DNA of 64,000 nucleotides, taken from an uncultured Collinsella sp. (lineage in GTDB: Bacteria; Actinomycetota; Coriobacteriia; Coriobacteriales; Coriobacteriaceae). Position numbers and translations under genes: made by a program. The notes beneath the pieces were generated by a model, which saw nothing but the letters and a program-made list of their open reading frames with translations, searched no databases and was not told the DNA's origin. Position 1 is the first letter of the stretch, and each line of letters opens with the position of its first letter. The stretch lies in assembly GCA_902493515.1 (NCBI GenBank), contig CABUPE010000002.1, positions 36,073-100,072 on the forward strand. Direction: 5' to 3'. This document shows, in pieces, positions 38,720 to 47,766 of the stretch.

Positions 38720-39642
38720 TGGGTACCGTGAACATGGCCGTCGATTTCGGCGGCGTCAAGATGCAGAACCCCATCAACACCGCAGCCGGTACCTTTGGCT
38801 ACGGTTGGCAGTTCCAGAACTTCTTTGATGTTTCCCAGCTGGGCGCCATCACCACCAAGGGTTGCGCTGCCGAGCCCTGGCCCGGCAACCCCGCGCCCCG
38901 CATGGCCGAGATCCCGGGCGGCATGATCAACTCCGTGGGCCTTCAGAACCCTGGCGTGGCTGCCTTTGCCCGTGAGTCTGGTCCGTGGCTCGAGCAGCTC
39001 TCCAAGGACGGTTGCCAGGTCATCTGCCAGGTCGCCGGTCACTCCGTCGAGGAGTTTGTCCGCGCGCTCGAGATGTATGTCGAGCTGTGCCCCTGGGCTG
39101 CCGGCTACGAGATCAACGTGAGCTGCCCTAATATCGCCGCCGGCGGTGCCGCCATGGGCTCCACGCCCGAGGGCGCCTCTTCCGTTATGGCTGCCTGCCG
39201 TAAGGTGACCGATAAGCCGCTGTTCGTGAAGATGGCGCCGGTCAACGTCGCCGAGATCGCCAGGGCCCTCGAGGCTGCCGGTGCCGACGGCCTTTCAGTT
39301 ATCAACTCCATCCAGGGCATGGCCATCGACGTCCATACCCGCAAGTCCCGCGTGGCCAAGCCCAAGGGCGGCCTTTCGGGCCCGCTGTGCCACCACATCG
39401 CCGTGCGCATGGTCTGGGAGGTTGCCCAGGCCGTCGATATCCCCATCAACGGTGTCGGCGGTGTCATGACCGGCGAGGATGCGGCCGAGTTTATCCTGGC
39501 CGGTGCCACCTGCGTGTCGGTTGGCATGGCCAACTTCGTCGATCCGTGCGCTTCGCTCAAGATCGCGCATGAGCTCGAGGCCTGGGCCGAGTCCCAGGGC
39601 GTAAAGGACATCAACGAGCTGGTAGGTGCTTTCGAATGCTAG
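38719..39642 (+). CDS. pyrD: Dihydroorotate dehydrogenase 1B catalytic subunit
   Basis: AAGTFG, GNPAPR, NSVGLQNPG, INVSCPN, GGLSGP. Confidence 0.95.
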   Translation: MGTVNMAVDFGGVKMQNPINTAAGTFGYGWQFQNFFDVSQLGAITTKGCAAEPWPGNPAPRMAEIPGGMINSVGLQNPGVAAFARESGPWLEQLSKDGCQVICQVAGHSVEEFVRALEMYVELCPWAAGYEINVSCPNIAAGGAAMGSTPEGASSVMAACRKVTDKPLFVKMAPVNVAEIARALEAAGADGLSVINSIQGMAIDVHTRKSRVAKPKGGLSGPLCHHIAVRMVWEVAQAVDIPINGVGGVMTGEDAAEFILAGATCVSVGMANFVDPCASLKIAHELEAWAESQGVKDINELVGAFEC

Positions 39643-40352
39643 AGACCGATGCCCGCGACCGCGTAATCGTCGCCCTCGACTGCGATCGTGAGCGTGCGCT
39701 CGAGCTCGCCCACGAGCTTTCGGGCCATGCCGCCTGGCTTAAGGTTGGTATGACGCTCTATTACGCTGAGGGCCCCGAGATCGTCAAGACCTTTAAGGAC
39801 CTGGGCTTTAAGGTCTTCCTTGACCTTAAGTTCCATGATATTCCGCATCAGGTTCGCGGTGCCGCCCGTTCGGCCTCGCTTGCCGGTGCCGACCTGCTCT
39901 CGGTTCACGGCTTGGGTTCGGGCGCCATGCTCGCTGCCTGCCGCGAGGGTGCCGAGGAGGCGCGCGAGGACCGCGCCAAGCTCGTCGCCATCACCGTGCT
40001 CACGAGCATGAATCAGGATGCCTTGAGCGAGATCGGCGTCGAGTCGCCCGTGGCCGAGGAGGCCGCCCGCCTGGCAAAGCTCGCTCAGGCCAACGGCATC
40101 GATGGCATTGTGTGCTCGCCGATGGAGGCTCACGACATGCGTGAGCTGCTGGGTCCTGATGCCCTGATCGTGACTCCGGGTGTGCGTCCGGTGGGTGCCG
40201 CCTTAGGCGACCAGTCTCGCGTGGCGACGCCTTCCCAGGCTATCGAGCGAGGCGCAAGCCACATTGTGGTGGGCCGTCCCATCACTGGTGCCGACGATCC
40301 GGTTGCCGCCTTTGACGCCATCGTCGCCGAGCTGGTCGAAAACGTCGCGTAA
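39636..40352 (+). CDS. pyrF: Orotidine-5'-phosphate decarboxylase
   Basis: IVALD, FLDLKFHDIP, VTPGVRP, VVGRPI. Confidence 0.96.
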   Translation: MLETDARDRVIVALDCDRERALELAHELSGHAAWLKVGMTLYYAEGPEIVKTFKDLGFKVFLDLKFHDIPHQVRGAARSASLAGADLLSVHGLGSGAMLAACREGAEEAREDRAKLVAITVLTSMNQDALSEIGVESPVAEEAARLAKLAQANGIDGIVCSPMEAHDMRELLGPDALIVTPGVRPVGAALGDQSRVATPSQAIERGASHIVVGRPITGADDPVAAFDAIVAELVENVA

Positions 40353-40474
40353 AAGATTCCCCTAAGTCACCACTTTTGGGTCTCATTAGCACAAAATAGC
40401 CCCTGTGCCTGCGTAAACTTTCCCATCCTTTGTGTGGAATCGCAGGTCAGGGGCTTAACTTTGGGCGCAGTATA

Positions 40475-40503
40475 TTGCACTTTTTGCGGGTATCGTCTAA
40501 CCT
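40475..40503 (+). promoter_or_regulatory. Sigma70-type promoter of mihF-gmk-rpoZ-thiI
   Basis: TTGCAC-17 nt-TAACCT. Confidence 0.65.
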
Positions 40504-40591
40504 ATGGAGCCGCGATTGGGCATTTTGTACGTTCTACGTGCTAAAATGCCAATTATTGAATCAGATATAACCCAACTATTTGGAGGTACGA

Positions 40592-40900
40592 ATGGCACTC
40601 CCTCAGCTTACCGATGAGCAGCGCAAGCAGGCTCTTGAGAAGGCTGCTGCCGCACGTCACGCCCGCGCTGAGCTTCGCGAGCAGATCAAGAAGGGCGAGA
40701 AGTCCCTCGAGTCCGTGCTCAACTCCGATGACCCCATCGCTTCCCGCATGAAGGTTTCCACCCTCATCGAGTCGCTCCCTGGTTATGGCAAGGCCAAGGC
40801 CGCCAAGATCATGGAGGAGCTCGGTATCTCCGCTACCCGTCGCGTCCAGGGCCTCGGCGTCCGTCAGCGCGAGCAGCTCCTCGAGCAGCTGACCAAATAA
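40592..40900 (+). CDS. mihF: Actinobacterial integration host factor (mIHF/sIHF)
   Basis: MALPQLTDEQRKQALEKAAAAR, SLPGYGKAKA, RRVQGLG; pyrF-mihF-gmk-rpoZ synteny. Confidence 0.93.
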   Translation: MALPQLTDEQRKQALEKAAAARHARAELREQIKKGEKSLESVLNSDDPIASRMKVSTLIESLPGYGKAKAAKIMEELGISATRRVQGLGVRQREQLLEQLTK

Positions 40901-41470
40901 GTGAGCGCTCAGGATTCCAAGCTCTTTGTGATTTCTGGACCGTCAGGCGCAGGCAAGGGTACGCTCGTCACTCGTGTGCGCGAGCGCCGCTCGAACTTGG
41001 GCCTGACGGTTTCGGCTACCACGCGAGCACCACGTAAAGGTGAGGTCGACGGCGTCAACTACTTTTTTCTGACGCGCGAGGAGTTCGACCGCCGCGTGGC
41101 AAACGGTGAGTTTGTTGAGTGGGCCGAGGTCCACGGTAACTGCTACGGCACGTTGGTGAGCGAGGTCACATCCAAGCTCGCCTCGGGCGCGTCTCTGATT
41201 TTGGAGATCGATGTCCAGGGCGCCCTGCAGGTGAAGGAGCGTTTCCCCGAGGCCGTGCTGATCTTTATCAAGCCGCCTTCGCTTGAGGTGCTCCGCGAGC
41301 GTCTAGTCGGTCGCGGTACCGAGACGCCCGAGACGATTGAGCTGCGTATGGCAAACGCCGCCGATGAGCTTGCCCTTGCCGACCGCTACGACGACGTCGT
41401 GGTTAATGACGATCTCGACCGCGCGACCGATGAGCTCGTTCGCGTTCTCGATATGCATGAAAGGATCTGA
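40901..41470 (+). CDS. gmk: Guanylate kinase
   Basis: SGPSGAGKGT, SATTRAPR, GVNYFF, YGT, EIDVQGA. Confidence 0.96.
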   Translation: MSAQDSKLFVISGPSGAGKGTLVTRVRERRSNLGLTVSATTRAPRKGEVDGVNYFFLTREEFDRRVANGEFVEWAEVHGNCYGTLVSEVTSKLASGASLILEIDVQGALQVKERFPEAVLIFIKPPSLEVLRERLVGRGTETPETIELRMANAADELALADRYDDVVVNDDLDRATDELVRVLDMHERI

Positions 41471-41475
41471 GGTCC

Positions 41476-41757
41476 GTGTCCGTTGTAAAGCCTTGCATTG
41501 ACGATCTTCTGGAGAAGACCGATCACAACCGCTTCCTGCTCGCTTCGCTTGCCTCCAAGCGCGCCTGCGATATCAATAGCATGCTGCGTGGCCAGCACAA
41601 CCGCGTGCTTGCCGTCCAGGATGTCGATGACATCACCATCGGGCTTTCCGGTGCCGACACCATCTCGATGGCTATGGACGAGATTGTCGACGGCGACATC
41701 TCTTACGACGAGGCCCGTTACGAGAAGGCGCTCGGCCACAAGGTTGCTGAAGCCTAA
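41476..41757 (+). CDS. rpoZ: RNA polymerase omega subunit
   Basis: PCIDDLL, NRFLL..LASKRA, ISMAMDEI; follows gmk. Confidence 0.88.
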   Translation: MSVVKPCIDDLLEKTDHNRFLLASLASKRACDINSMLRGQHNRVLAVQDVDDITIGLSGADTISMAMDEIVDGDISYDEARYEKALGHKVAEA

Positions 41758-43002
41758 ATGGCGGCTCGCGTCTGCCTGGTCCACTATCACGAGGTTGGAC
41801 TGAAGGGTAAGAACCGCGCACATTTTGAGCATATCCTCATGGATAACATCAAGGCGGCCTTGGCCGCCTTTTCCGTGAATGCCGTGTCTCGAATTTCCGG
41901 TTATATCCTCGTGACCTTTAACGAGCATCAGGCCGACGAGGCGGCGCGTGTCATTCGCACCGTTCCCGGCGTTGCTCGTGTGTCTTTGGCGTATCACACC
42001 AATCGCGACCCTCAGGAGTACTGTGCCGCCGCCGTGAAGGCGCTGCGCGAGTTTGGTTCCTTCGATTCGTTTAAGGTGCACGCCAAGCGCTCCAATACCG
42101 ATTATGAGCTCACCTCGATTGACATCAATCGTCAGGTGGGCGAGGTGCTGTGCGAGGCCTTCCCCGATAAAAAGGTCCAGATGCACGATCCTGACGCTAT
42201 GGTGCACGTACTGGTGGTCCAGGGTAGCGTTTATGTGTACGCGCGCTCCGAGCGCGGCGTGGGCGGTCTGCCGGTTGGTTCTGCCGGCAAGGTCGTGACG
42301 CTGCTGTCGTCGGGTATTGATTCTCCGGTGGCAACCTGGATGCTCGCGCGTCGCGGCGCGGTGTGCGTGCCGGTACATTTCTCAGGTCGTCCGCAGACGC
42401 CCGACACGAGCGAGTATTTGGTGCAGGACATCATCCGTGCGCTTGAGCCGGGTGTCCAGATCGGCCGCCTGTACGTGGTGCCGTTTGGCGACTGCCAGCG
42501 TGAGATTTCGGTCACCTGTCCCAGCAACCTGCGCGTGATCATGTATCGCCGCATTATGTATTCGGTTGCCGAGCGCATTGCACACATCGAGGGCGCCAAG
42601 GCCATCGTGACGGGCGAATCGCTTGGACAGGTTGCCTCCCAAACGCTTGAGAATATCATGGCCGTTAACGAGGCCGTGAAGATTCCCGTGTTCCGTCCTC
42701 TCATCGGTTCGGACAAGCAGGAGATCATCGCGCGCGCCGAGGAGATTGGTACGTTCGATATCTCGACTGAGGCCGCTCCCGACTGCTGCACGCTGTTTAT
42801 GCCGCGTCGTCCCGAGACGCACGCTAAACTCGATGCCGTGCATGAGGCCTGGGAGTTGTTCGATCACGAGGAGATGATCGAGCGCCTACTCAAGCAGACT
42901 GAGTACATCGACTTCGAAAGCAACACGTATAAGGCCCCCAAGACCTTAAAACGCAAACATTCGGAGCTTGCTCCGCGTGAGATTTACCAAGATCACGAGT
43001 AA
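41758..43002 (+). CDS. thiI: tRNA 4-thiouridine synthase ThiI without rhodanese domain
   Basis: EVGLKGKNR, THUMP, GGLPVG, SSGIDS PP-loop, GESLGQVASQT, DCC. Confidence 0.94.
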   Translation: MAARVCLVHYHEVGLKGKNRAHFEHILMDNIKAALAAFSVNAVSRISGYILVTFNEHQADEAARVIRTVPGVARVSLAYHTNRDPQEYCAAAVKALREFGSFDSFKVHAKRSNTDYELTSIDINRQVGEVLCEAFPDKKVQMHDPDAMVHVLVVQGSVYVYARSERGVGGLPVGSAGKVVTLLSSGIDSPVATWMLARRGAVCVPVHFSGRPQTPDTSEYLVQDIIRALEPGVQIGRLYVVPFGDCQREISVTCPSNLRVIMYRRIMYSVAERIAHIEGAKAIVTGESLGQVASQTLENIMAVNEAVKIPVFRPLIGSDKQEIIARAEEIGTFDISTEAAPDCCTLFMPRRPETHAKLDAVHEAWELFDHEEMIERLLKQTEYIDFESNTYKAPKTLKRKHSELAPREIYQDHE

Positions 43003-43012
43003 ATTTGTGCAT

Positions 43013-43045
43013 AGACCGACGATGCGCCTGCATCGTCGGTCTTTT
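43013..43045 (+). terminator. thiI terminator
   Basis: AGACCGACGATGC-GCCT-GCATCGTCGGTCT followed by TTT. Confidence 0.8.
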
Positions 43046-43215
43046 GCTATCTGGGCTTTTTGCGGCTAAGTGTTCATTTGCTGACGTGTGCCTGAATAAA
43101 TGGACAGATTTGTGCAAGGTTTTGGTCGGTATTTGGTTTGACCGCTAAAACCGGTTTTGGAGCGTGGCTGTTGCAGGGCTTTTTTCCTGACACGATGGTG
43201 TTGGGAGGTTTTGCT

Positions 43216-43929
43216 ATGGCGCAGCGCGAACAACACGAACGGGTCAAAAAGATGGACCGCTGGGCGGACAAGCTGCTCGGTCACAAGGCAGTGGTGATGG
43301 CGATACTGGTCGTCATTGCGATGGCGAGCGGCTTGGCGATGGCGAACCTTGGCGGCGGTACTGGCGGCGTGTCGTTTGAGCGCACTGATGGTTCGGGCTC
43401 GTTAGTGGAGCCGGGATCCGGCGATGCCTCGAGCGGAAAGACATCCGAAGGCTCTTCGTCTAAGGCGTCTGCCGCGGCAGAGGTTTATGTCGATGTTGAT
43501 GGTGCCGTTGTGTCGCCCGGTGTATATCGCGTCAAGGACGGCGCGCGGGTGGCTCAGGCGATAGATGCCGCCGGCGGGCTGGCGCCCGAGGCAGACGTTA
43601 CGGGGCTCAATCGGGCATCCAAGGTCGTCGATGGGCAGAAGATTCACGTTCCAACGGTGGGGGAGCAGCAGGCGTCCATTGCGGAAGCCGGTGTTGATGG
43701 TGGGGCTTCCGCATCATTGGGCGTGAGTGGCGCAACGGGTCTAGTCAACATCAATACGGCAAGCGCGGCAGAGCTGCAGACGCTCTCGGGCATCGGTCCC
43801 TCCATGGCACAGTCGATTATCGATGAGCGTACAAAGAACGGTGCTTTTGCCTCGGTTGACGATCTGATGCGTGTGTCGGGAATCGGCGAGAAGAAGCTTG
43901 CCAAAATCAAAGATTGCATCTGCGTATGA
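43216..43929 (+). CDS. comEA: Competence DNA receptor ComEA
   Basis: N-terminal TM; VDVDGAVVSPGVY (SLBB); VNINTASAAELQTLSGIG, VSGIG (HhH). Confidence 0.93.
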   Translation: MAQREQHERVKKMDRWADKLLGHKAVVMAILVVIAMASGLAMANLGGGTGGVSFERTDGSGSLVEPGSGDASSGKTSEGSSSKASAAAEVYVDVDGAVVSPGVYRVKDGARVAQAIDAAGGLAPEADVTGLNRASKVVDGQKIHVPTVGEQQASIAEAGVDGGASASLGVSGATGLVNINTASAAELQTLSGIGPSMAQSIIDERTKNGAFASVDDLMRVSGIGEKKLAKIKDCICV

Positions 43930-46229
43930 GTGCGACCGAGCGCGAACATGTGATGCCTCCGCGGCCCCTGATGCCGTGGACGATGGCCCTGTGTGCCGGC
44001 ATGTGCATGAGCTGCGCCTTGGTGCTCAACGTGGCCGCTGATGCGCTGCTGAGGGAGCAGGCGCCGGCGGTCGGGCTGCTATGGGCCATTCCCGTTGCGG
44101 CGGCGGTATTCGTTGTGCTGGCTCAATCTTGTGCGCGGCTTGCCCCTTGGAAGCGGTGGCTGTATGCCGCGTCCGTCGGTCTCGTGGCGGGAGCGGTCGT
44201 CTCGGCGTGGTGGGCTGCGGGCGCGCTCAACGCCTCGAAGGCGCTCGACGGTCGAGCGGCAAGCAGCCTCGAGTTTGTCGTGCAGGGTGATCCATCCATA
44301 AACGACGACGTGTATTCCTATACCTGCGAGGTACGCGCGGACGGTAAGAACTTGGCAACGGTTCGCCTATCGTGCGACCGCGAGCTCAAGGTCGGGGCGC
44401 ACGTGCGTGTTATCGGTCGCGTTTCACGTTTTGAGAACGATGCGTATGGACGATTGCGCGTGCTCCGAGGCGAGGTGCGCAAGGTTAAAGCCGTTCGGAT
44501 TGTGTCGGTCGATGAGGGCTCTCCGGGGCCGCTGCTTCGGCTGCGAAATTGGCTGCTTGCGTCCATCGCGCCTGCGACCGACCCGGCACGTGCGCTCATA
44601 GCTGGTGTCGTCTGTGGTCGTTCGGCCGAGCTGCGCGCCCAGCCGGCGGGCGACTGGTTTTCGGTGACGGGAACGGCGCATCTTATCGCCGTCTCGGGCA
44701 GCCATCTGGCTATCGTGGGGTTTGTGATCGAGGGCGTATTGCAAAAGACTCGGTGCTTACGTGGTTTTCAGCGGGTGATATTGGCGATAACGCTTGTGGG
44801 CTACGCTGCCTTTACGGGCGCGTCTCCCTCGGCCGTGCGCGCGTGCTGCATGGTGTTCGCGACGCTTGTCGTAAACGGAGCGGGTCGTCGTCGGCACGGC
44901 GCATCGGCACTCTTCGTAACCATGTCCATCTTTGTGCTACTGAGGCCGACGGTGCTGTTCGAGATGGGCTTTCAGCTTTCATGTGCCAGCGTCTTTGCCA
45001 TCCTGTGCTTTTGCCCGTATGCTACCTACGCTTTGGGTGAGCTGAGCGTGCCGTCGGGCATTGCCAGCATGCTCTCCGTCACACTGTGCTCGCAGTTGGC
45101 GACGCTCCCCATCACCATTCCTGCCTTTGGTACGTTCTCGCTCATTGCTCCGTTGGCAAATGCGGTCATCGGTCCGGTGGTGAGCGTACTGCTTGCTGTG
45201 TCGATCGTGCTGGTTCCCTTTTCGCTCGTGGCGCCGTTGCGGACTTGGGCGCTCGTTGTGCCCATGATTGCCGCCCGTTGCGCGCTGTTCTTCGAGCGGC
45301 TGTTTGCCGCCGTGCCGGGTGCATCCGTGAGCGTGCCGCCCGATAGCATGTGGATTTACCTAGTGCCGTGTTTGCTGGCGGTTCTGCTGGTCTGGTGGCC
45401 GCGTCCCCGTGCACGTCTTATGGCGGTGGGGCTTGCATGCCTGGTGCTCTTGGCTGCGATTCCGTACGTCTACTGGGATCGATTCGCTCCGCCTTCGGTG
45501 ACGGTACTCGATGTGGGCCAGGCCGATGCGATTCTTATCCGCGAGGGCGGCGCAGTAGCGCTCGTCGACTGCGGGCTCGACGAGCGCGTGGTAGCGGCGT
45601 TGGTTCGCAATAACGTGCACCATATCGATGCCGTCTTTGTGACGCATTGGGATGAGGACCACTGGGGTGGTCTGCCTGCCGTGCTCGAACAGTTTTCGGT
45701 TGGAACGATTGCCGTGGCGGCGGATGCGCTGGAGGATGCTCCTGCCGAGGTATTGAACCGACCTGGCGTTGAGTATCGGCAGGCGCGCCGTGGGGATACG
45801 GTCGATATCGGCTCATTTTGCGCCCGCGTGATGTGGCCATTCGAGTCCGTGGATGGCGAGGGAAATGAGGACTCGCTTGTCCTGCTGCTCTCCTATGTTC
45901 AGGAAGGCAGGGGCCTGCGTATGCTCCTCACCGGTGATGCCGAGCTCGACCAAGAACGGGAATTCGTGCAGGAGGTGGGGGAAATCGATGTACTTAAACT
46001 TGGGCATCACGGCTCCAAGGTTTCAGTCGATGGTGAGTTGCTGGATGTCCTGAGACCCGAGCTTTCCCTCGCGAGCGCCGGCAAGGGGAATCGATACGGT
46101 CATCCGTCGGATGCCTGCATCGATGCCGTTCAGGAAGCGGGCGGTGCGTTCGCATGCACCATCGAACATGGTGATATCACCATCAGCCCGACCGCAAAGG
46201 GCTTTGCGATGCGATGCCAGCGACCGTGA
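43926..46229 (+). CDS. comEC: Competence DNA uptake channel ComEC/Rec2
   Basis: GTAHLIAVSGSH, SAVRA, GFQLS, LDVGQADA, THWDEDH, LTGDAE, HHGS, NRYGHP. Confidence 0.92.
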   Translation: MSATEREHVMPPRPLMPWTMALCAGMCMSCALVLNVAADALLREQAPAVGLLWAIPVAAAVFVVLAQSCARLAPWKRWLYAASVGLVAGAVVSAWWAAGALNASKALDGRAASSLEFVVQGDPSINDDVYSYTCEVRADGKNLATVRLSCDRELKVGAHVRVIGRVSRFENDAYGRLRVLRGEVRKVKAVRIVSVDEGSPGPLLRLRNWLLASIAPATDPARALIAGVVCGRSAELRAQPAGDWFSVTGTAHLIAVSGSHLAIVGFVIEGVLQKTRCLRGFQRVILAITLVGYAAFTGASPSAVRACCMVFATLVVNGAGRRRHGASALFVTMSIFVLLRPTVLFEMGFQLSCASVFAILCFCPYATYALGELSVPSGIASMLSVTLCSQLATLPITIPAFGTFSLIAPLANAVIGPVVSVLLAVSIVLVPFSLVAPLRTWALVVPMIAARCALFFERLFAAVPGASVSVPPDSMWIYLVPCLLAVLLVWWPRPRARLMAVGLACLVLLAAIPYVYWDRFAPPSVTVLDVGQADAILIREGGAVALVDCGLDERVVAALVRNNVHHIDAVFVTHWDEDHWGGLPAVLEQFSVGTIAVAADALEDAPAEVLNRPGVEYRQARRGDTVDIGSFCARVMWPFESVDGEGNEDSLVLLLSYVQEGRGLRMLLTGDAELDQEREFVQEVGEIDVLKLGHHGSKVSVDGELLDVLRPELSLASAGKGNRYGHPSDACIDAVQEAGGAFACTIEHGDITISPTAKGFAMRCQRP

Positions 46230-46307
46230 CGACGTCGATGGCGTGTGGTGGGCCCCTGGGCTAGAATGGCACGGAACGAATACGAAGGCCTGCGGGAGGG
46301 GAGCGTA

Positions 46308-47270
46308 ATGTCCGAAACCGGTCTGCTGCCGGCATATCTGATCGTCGGTACCGACGGCGTCAAGCGCGATCACGCCGTCTCGCGTATGAAGGCGCGTCTG
46401 GAAAAGTCGGGAATGGTCGAGTTCAACCTCGACGAGCGCGACATGACCAAGGACCCCGATATCGAGTCCATTATCGGATCGCTTAACACCTTTCCGATGG
46501 GCAGCGAGTTTCGCTTGGTAATCCTTGATGGCTGCTCAAAGCTCGCTAAGGCGGTCTCGGAGTCGCTTGTCGACTATCTGGCGAGTCCCAGCCCCACGAC
46601 GGTCTGCCTCATCATCGCCGACTCGCTTGCCAAGAACACGCGCCTGTATAAGGCGATCGCCAAAATCGACAAGAAGGCCGTGATCGATTGCTCCGGCACC
46701 AAGCGCTGGGAGTTACCGCGCCGCGTGCAACAGATGGCGACGCAGCACGGCAAGTCGATCTCGACGGCGGCCGCCGAGGAGCTCGTTTCGCGTTCGGGTG
46801 AAAACACTCGCATGCTCGATAACGACTTGGCTAAGCTTGCCCAGATGGTCGAGGCGCCCCAGATTGAGCTTGCCGACGTTGAGCGCTGGATTGTACGAAC
46901 GGCCGAGGTTCAACCCTGGGACTTTCTCAATGCGGTCTCGGCCCGTGACATGCGCCGTTCGCTCGAGCTCTTCAATCTAATGCCCGCCAAGAGCTACGTG
47001 TGGACGTACACATTGCTGTGCGGCCGCATTCGCGAGCTTATCGTTGCCAAGGCGCTCGATGCGCGCGGACAGGGTCGTGAGCTGGCCGCAACGCTCAAAC
47101 TCCAGTCCTGGCAGGTCAAGAATCACCTGACCTGGGCACGTCGCTTTTCGATGGCAGAGCTCGTCGCAGCGCTCGAGGGTGCCGTTGATGTGGAGCTCGC
47201 GCTCAAGGGTTCGGCCGATTCTCAGACCGCGCTTTTGCTCTGGATTACGAACATCTTGAGAAAATCGTGA
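46308..47270 (+). CDS. holA: DNA polymerase III delta subunit
   Basis: AYLIVG, TFPM...RLV, DLAKL, DVELALKG; comEC-holA-rpsT synteny. Confidence 0.88.
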   Translation: MSETGLLPAYLIVGTDGVKRDHAVSRMKARLEKSGMVEFNLDERDMTKDPDIESIIGSLNTFPMGSEFRLVILDGCSKLAKAVSESLVDYLASPSPTTVCLIIADSLAKNTRLYKAIAKIDKKAVIDCSGTKRWELPRRVQQMATQHGKSISTAAAEELVSRSGENTRMLDNDLAKLAQMVEAPQIELADVERWIVRTAEVQPWDFLNAVSARDMRRSLELFNLMPAKSYVWTYTLLCGRIRELIVAKALDARGQGRELAATLKLQSWQVKNHLTWARRFSMAELVAALEGAVDVELALKGSADSQTALLLWITNILRKS

Positions 47271-47403
47271 TGATACCTGCCTATTTGACAAATTCGTTCT
47301 ATCCCTTTGAGGGGGAGCGTGCTATAGTAGGCGCTTGCATGACCTCACCGTGTCTCAGAGGTGTCATACATTTTTTGCAAGGAACTCGAAAGGAACTCCA
47401 GAA

Positions 47404-47670
47404 GTGGCAAACATCAAGTCTCAGAAGAAGCGTATCCGCACCAATGAGGCAGCTCGCATGCGTAACAAGGCTGTCAAGTCCGAGCTCAAGACGCTGACCA
47501 AGCACGTCCAGTCCGCCGTCGCCGAGGGCGACGCCGAGAAGGCCCAGGCTGCCCTCAAGACCGTCACCAAGCGTCTCGACATGGCTGCCGCCAAGCATGT
47601 TATCCACAAGAACCAGGCTTCCAACCGCAAGTCCGGTCTTGCCAAGCTCGTGAACAGCATCAACGCCTAA
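47404..47670 (+). CDS. rpsT: 30S ribosomal protein S20
   Basis: [22 protein letters not shown]. Confidence 0.97.
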   Translation: MANIKSQKKRIRTNEAARMRNKAVKSELKTLTKHVQSAVAEGDAEKAQAALKTVTKRLDMAAAKHVIHKNQASNRKSGLAKLVNSINA

Positions 47671-47704
47671 GTTGTAAATTTCACACCACACAGATTACGC
47701 GCAT

Positions 47705-47741
47705 AAATGGAGCCTGTTTTATGGAACAGGCTCCATTTTTT
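47705..47741 (+). terminator. rpsT terminator
   Basis: AAATGGAGCCTGTT...AACAGGCTCCATTT followed by TTT. Confidence 0.85.
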
Positions 47742-47766
47742 GTATCGCTCGGGTAAGATAGTCCGC

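Noticed and set aside
47672..47686. TTGTAAATTTCACA as a Rex box
   Set aside because: Wrong spacing, and located between the rpsT stop and its terminator
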